DNA of 42,796 nucleotides, taken from Octopus bimaculoides. Its lineage: Eukaryota. Below, piece by piece: positions 38,397 through 42,796 of the stretch. A program made the position numbers and the translations under genes. The notes under the pieces were generated by a model, which made no database searches, was not told where the DNA came from, and saw only the letters and a program-made list of their open reading frames with translations. The stretch is taken from assembly GCF_001194135.2 (NCBI RefSeq), contig NC_068985.1, positions 65,685,815 to 65,728,610 of the forward strand. Direction: 5' to 3'. Every line of letters starts with the position of its first letter. The stretch's first letter is position 1.

Positions 38397-39168
38397 CTAC
38401 GAAACTTGAAAATGTTTTCACTTGCACTTCACTGTATACATGTAGGGCCTGGTGGAAGCAAGAAAAGGGAAGAAGGGGTGGAGACTAGTTGGCATGGATT
38501 GTAGTATCAGAGCTGGGTGTGTTGGCATGAGGTAATGAATAAATCATATAGTGGGGAAAGGGAGATTATGACTGAAAGCATTGGTGTAGTGCCTTCTGAA
38601 AGAAGGGAATGAGAGTGTGAGTTAATATACATTGACTGTACTGAGACAGAGCATTGATGTAGTACTTTCTGAAAAGACATTGTATGATTCCTGGGTCTGA
38701 GTACATTGATGTGACACCAAGGCATAGATTTATGTGATATGAAATGTAGAGTTAAGATGGGGTAAGAGGAGCAAAACATAAGTGCAAGAATAGAAGAGAG
38801 GTATAGAAAATACATTTTGCTTGCCTGAAAATGTAAAGGAGAGCAATGCCACACCTGTCATAGATTTTCATTTTCTTATATAAGGATGTTGCATATGAAG
38901 GAGACAAGGGAGATGGACAACATGTTACCCGAAGATGACAGTTAAGCCATACTTGAGTAACCAAAGGAGTAAACCTAGAAAGGTCTTATGAGCTTCAAGT
39001 TGTAGGTGTTGATTGTGCCTCTGACTGTTTGAACCAATATACACAAACGTTTGAAGAACTGAATAAATTGATATCTTGTTGTTTTCTAAGTTTTAAAATG
39101 GTGAAGTAACTTTTAAGTAACTCCTATCTCTATTTCTGTGAGTGCACATCCTTGTCTATTAGACCGAA

Positions 39169-39303
39169 TTACCACTGAAATGAATGGTTATGCTTCTCAC
39201 TGTCTCCAGTGCACTTCTGTACAATACTGTACTCTACTTAGTAATACTATACCATATTCTACTTTACCTTTTAAACATAGTACATACTCAACAACTGAGA
39301 AAT
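39169..39303. repeat. Direct repeat copy 1 (partner at 40393-40585)
   Basis: TTACCACTGAAATGAATGGTTATGCTTCTCACTGT ... CATACTCAACAACTGAGAAAT present in both copies. Confidence 0.9.
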
Positions 39304-39449
39304 ATTGTGCATGACAATGAACTAAAAAGAAAATTACAACTTTTTTTATGTTCAAGAAAAAGTTAAAAGAATACAATTGATGAGATTCAATACAAATACT
39401 TCATAAAATACAAACAAAAGTTTGTCTTTCTCTTCATTGTTTAGTGTTT

Positions 39450-41390
39450 GCATTAATTAATAGTTAGAATGTTGTTATCAAATTTGAAGAGAGTTGCAAG
39501 TCTACACAAAGAAAAATAGAATTCTGAATTCTGATTATAATGTGGGTGGTTAGTAAAAGTTCTAATATGTGAAGGCCCTTTGTTGGTCTGTAATGAAAGA
39601 GGAATAAGACTCTGATGGTATGTTCTCAGCATCTGGTTCAAGGTAATTATTTATGGACAGATGTCAGCCCCAGAGCCAAAGCAAACAGAAAAGAGGGGTA
39701 AGTTTGATGGGAAATGTAACATAAGTAGCACTTGATGCACTATTTACTCCCTACTACATGTGTGTGTAATTATTTATAAAGAGTGTCAATCTGCCTAAAC
39801 TATGAAGCAGATATATCACATGATTAGTACAAAAAACCTCTGTTAAGTTACAAGCTTACTGCTTCACTGCTGTTCCAAGGTTTTCCACTTTATTTGTATT
39901 TGTGAATGGTCACCAGTTATAAATGCTTTAACTCTCAGAAGGCTCCACTTACAAAAAGAAAAACAGATGTTTTTGCATGAGGGTACAGCAACTGATATGA
40001 TGTAGACGCATGAAATGTGCAAGTGATTGATTTACCTACTTTGGTTAATAGTGTATTTCACAAGTTTAGCAATACTATGTAGGGGTCTTTGATTTCATAG
40101 ACTCTGCTACAATATTAGGAATCATAGATTGGATGTAATATGGTAAAAGTTTCACATTTTGATAGGGCTTTTTAATTCATAAGACAATAGTTATGAGTTA
40201 TCCAAAATCAGAATTCTTTGTTTGGCAGAACATTATTTAAGCTTGTTTATTACTGTAGAATTATGTAGATTGAATTTCTGTTGCATGTAAACTTGGAGTA
40301 ACAGTTCACAATAACTATGTCATAGTAGCATTAAGTGTTGCCATACTCTCATGTTCAGTGTTAGATGGAATTTCATGTGGCTATATTGCAAGTTACCACT
40401 GAAATGAATGGTTATGCTTCTCACTGTACCCAGTGCACTTCTGTACAATATTGTACTTTACTGTAAAATAGCCTTGCTCTATAATACTCTGCTCACTGTA
40501 CAAGACCCTAGTACTATACTTAGTAATGCTATATCATATTCTACTTTATCTTGTAAACATAGTACATACTCAACAACTGAGAAATGTTCTTTATGGATTG
40601 GCATAAAATCTGATTTCAACTTGATCAAATATTGACTAGGTAATTTCACAAAGCCTTTACACAAATTAGGATTATAATCTAGTGATAAGTTCACAGAATT
40701 TACCTTATCACTAAACCTAATTTCACACATGCATCTTTTCTTAGGATAAGTGATGATTTTAGAATAGCAACTTCATAACTTTGTTGTTGATTGAACATTT
40801 AAGTTTAGCCTGACCTTCTGGTTTGTGTATGTTGATTGTAGCTCTTTATTCAAACATTAGTTGACTGCAATAGTGATGGACCTGAGGTAACAGTGTGAAG
40901 CTTAAAGTCAATATTCTGTCTATCTGTGATAAATTGTATCCCATTTGATGTTAATACATTTGATCCCTGTATGATACCACCCAGAAGCATATATCAACTT
41001 AACAAGTGTGTTTTTGAATGCTTATTTTAGACACATTTTGTGCTTTTTGAATAGCACAGTTTAGCAAAGCAATTACAGCATTTTGCACATTTTTTACTTC
41101 AGGCAGAGTTGTTTAAATGGATGAATCTATAATTAATGCTGTCTTTTCTCTGACCTCTTTATTCCTCTCTTGGTATTTATTTTATGTCATGGCTGAGTGT
41201 CTTCACCCATGTAGCACTTATTTCAATAGCTTGACATTTATCTATAGCATTTTTCAATCTTAATTTTGCATCTTGAAGCTGTAGTTTTAATTTGTATTCC
41301 ATATATGGCCCTGCCTTTGATCAAATCATTCAGTGAATTTCCAGTTTTTAGTTTAATTTCTCTCATGGTGAGTGTTTTGTACTGAAAAAG
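39450..41390 (-). mobile_element. Highly degenerate Gypsy (Mag-like) remnant
   Basis: By-eye translation: gag-like LQDAKLRLKNAIDKCQAIEIS (~41215-41290), knuckle-like KKCAKCCNCFAKLCYSK (~41050-41100), integrase-like KDPYIVLLNL*NTLL..GKS (~40030-40085). Confidence 0.5.
40393..40585. repeat. Direct repeat copy 2, about 58 bp longer internally
   Basis: See 39169-39303. Confidence 0.9.
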
Positions 41391-41554
41391 TCATTAAAAG
41401 ACATATATGATGTTATTTTTTAGGCTGACAATACTCTTTGAAACTTTGTTTAAACAATAATAATTATATATTTATGTATTGGATTGTCCAGTTCAAAGAT
41501 GTTAAATACTTGTTATGCATTGGAAGAAATGTGGCAACTTGCATAATTTTATCT

Positions 41555-42540
41555 TTCTCACTCACTCACACACTCACTCACTCATTCATTCATTCATTCA
41601 TTTACACACACACTCACTCACTCACTCACTCATTCATTCATTCATTCATTCATTCATTTACACACTCACTCACTCACTCACTCACTCACTCACTCACTCA
41701 CTCATTCATTCATTCATTCATTTACACACTCACTCACTCACTCATTCATTCATTCGTATACTTATTCACTTTCTCATAAACATTTTCATTTACTCAGTTT
41801 CTCACTCACACACTAAGTTATTTACATAGCCTTTCAATCAATGATTGTCTCTCTCACTGACTCACTCATGCACAAGCTCACTCACTCATCTATACACCCT
41901 CTCACTCATTTACTCACTTCTACATTCATTCACATTATTATTCATTTAGGAACTTACTGATTTATTTACTCATTTACTTGCTTACTTAACTACTTATGTT
42001 CTCCTTCAAGCACTCACTCATCACTCCCTCATTTACTCTGTCAGTCACTCATTAAGATAGTCAATCTTATTAACTCATATACTCACTCATTCCCTGTTTC
42101 ACTCACTCAATCATTTGCATGTTCATTTACACAGTTAGTCACTCACTCTTTCAATCAAACAATCATGTACTCTCATTCAAGCCCACTGAGTAACTGACAA
42201 TGACTGACACACATTACTTACATACTCACTTACTGACTTACTATGCATTAAGTCACTCACTCACTCACTCATTCACCTATTCAGTCTTTCAATTAATCAG
42301 TTACTCATTGACCCACTCATTCACACACTTAATTGCTTATTGATTACTGGGTTATTCTCTGAATCAGTTAATTACAAACACATTGTTTTGCCTACTTGTT
42401 TAGTTGCTCACTCAATCGTTCACTCAATTAACTCATATACAAAATTAATTGCTCACTAGTTTACTTACTCCCTAATTTAATTACTTAATTATTTGCTTGG
42501 TCATTGAGTCACACACATATTCTCTCATTCATTTACTTAC
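41555..42540. repeat. Compound (TCAC)n/(TCAT)n microsatellite, pure at left and decayed at right
   Basis: Direct reading. The THS/FIHS-rich ORFs at 41438 and 41515 are artefacts of this repeat. Confidence 0.9.
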
Positions 42541-42541
42541 T

Positions 42542-42796
42542 TGATCGACTACATCCTCGCCAGAAATAGGGAAAGAGGGCGGCTTATAAATGCCAAAACC
42601 TACCCTGGCGAAGAATGTACCCCACAACATAGATTAGTAGTTAGCGACTTTGGGATCAAGGCAAAATGGGTGCCCAGAATTAGACAGGCTTGGAGAAGAA
42701 GGGTGTGGAAGCTTAAAGACCCTGCAAACGGACAGAGACTTAGAGACAAGTTACTTGAAGCATTTAACGAAATAGAAGGGGATATAGCATCATACA
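42542..42796 (+). mobile_element. RTE LINE endonuclease fragment, runs off the window
   Basis: IDYILARN..FPGEEC-like..QHRLVVSDF..RRRVWKLKDPANG. Close homologue of 30840-31095. Confidence 0.9.

Noticed and set aside
41438-41829. His/Thr/Ser-rich proteins
   Set aside because: Translation of the TCAC/TCAT microsatellite.

Overview
Eukaryotic, AT-rich, repeat-dense genomic DNA. The tRNA-derived SINE and RTE-LINE families look like octopod cephalopod repeats; this is my recognition, not a database result. The only clear host gene is the 3' half of RUVBL2 (reptin) on the + strand: six exons from 16604 to 32251 with canonical GT-AG junctions and consistent phases, ending in a 23-nt terminal coding exon. 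A possible last exon of an unidentified convergent gene lies at 37889-38396 (-). The rest is mostly transposon debris: RTE LINE fragments, five Gypsy-type LTR elements or remnants, piggyBac, a Buster-type hAT with an intact 8-bp TSD, a mariner fragment, SINEs and microsatellites. There are two assembly gaps (8605-9515, 11899-11941). The most unusual structure is in a young non-autonomous LTR element (8340-11577). Its leader carries five copies of the LTR-end plus tRNA-Trp primer-binding-site junction, separated by variable spacers. A second, coding-free LTR element (21125-23278) also shows a duplicated PBS junction. No prokaryotic genes, CRISPR array, or rRNA/tRNA genes are supported. Repeat boundaries without a TSD or terminal motif are approximate, and all alignments were done by eye.
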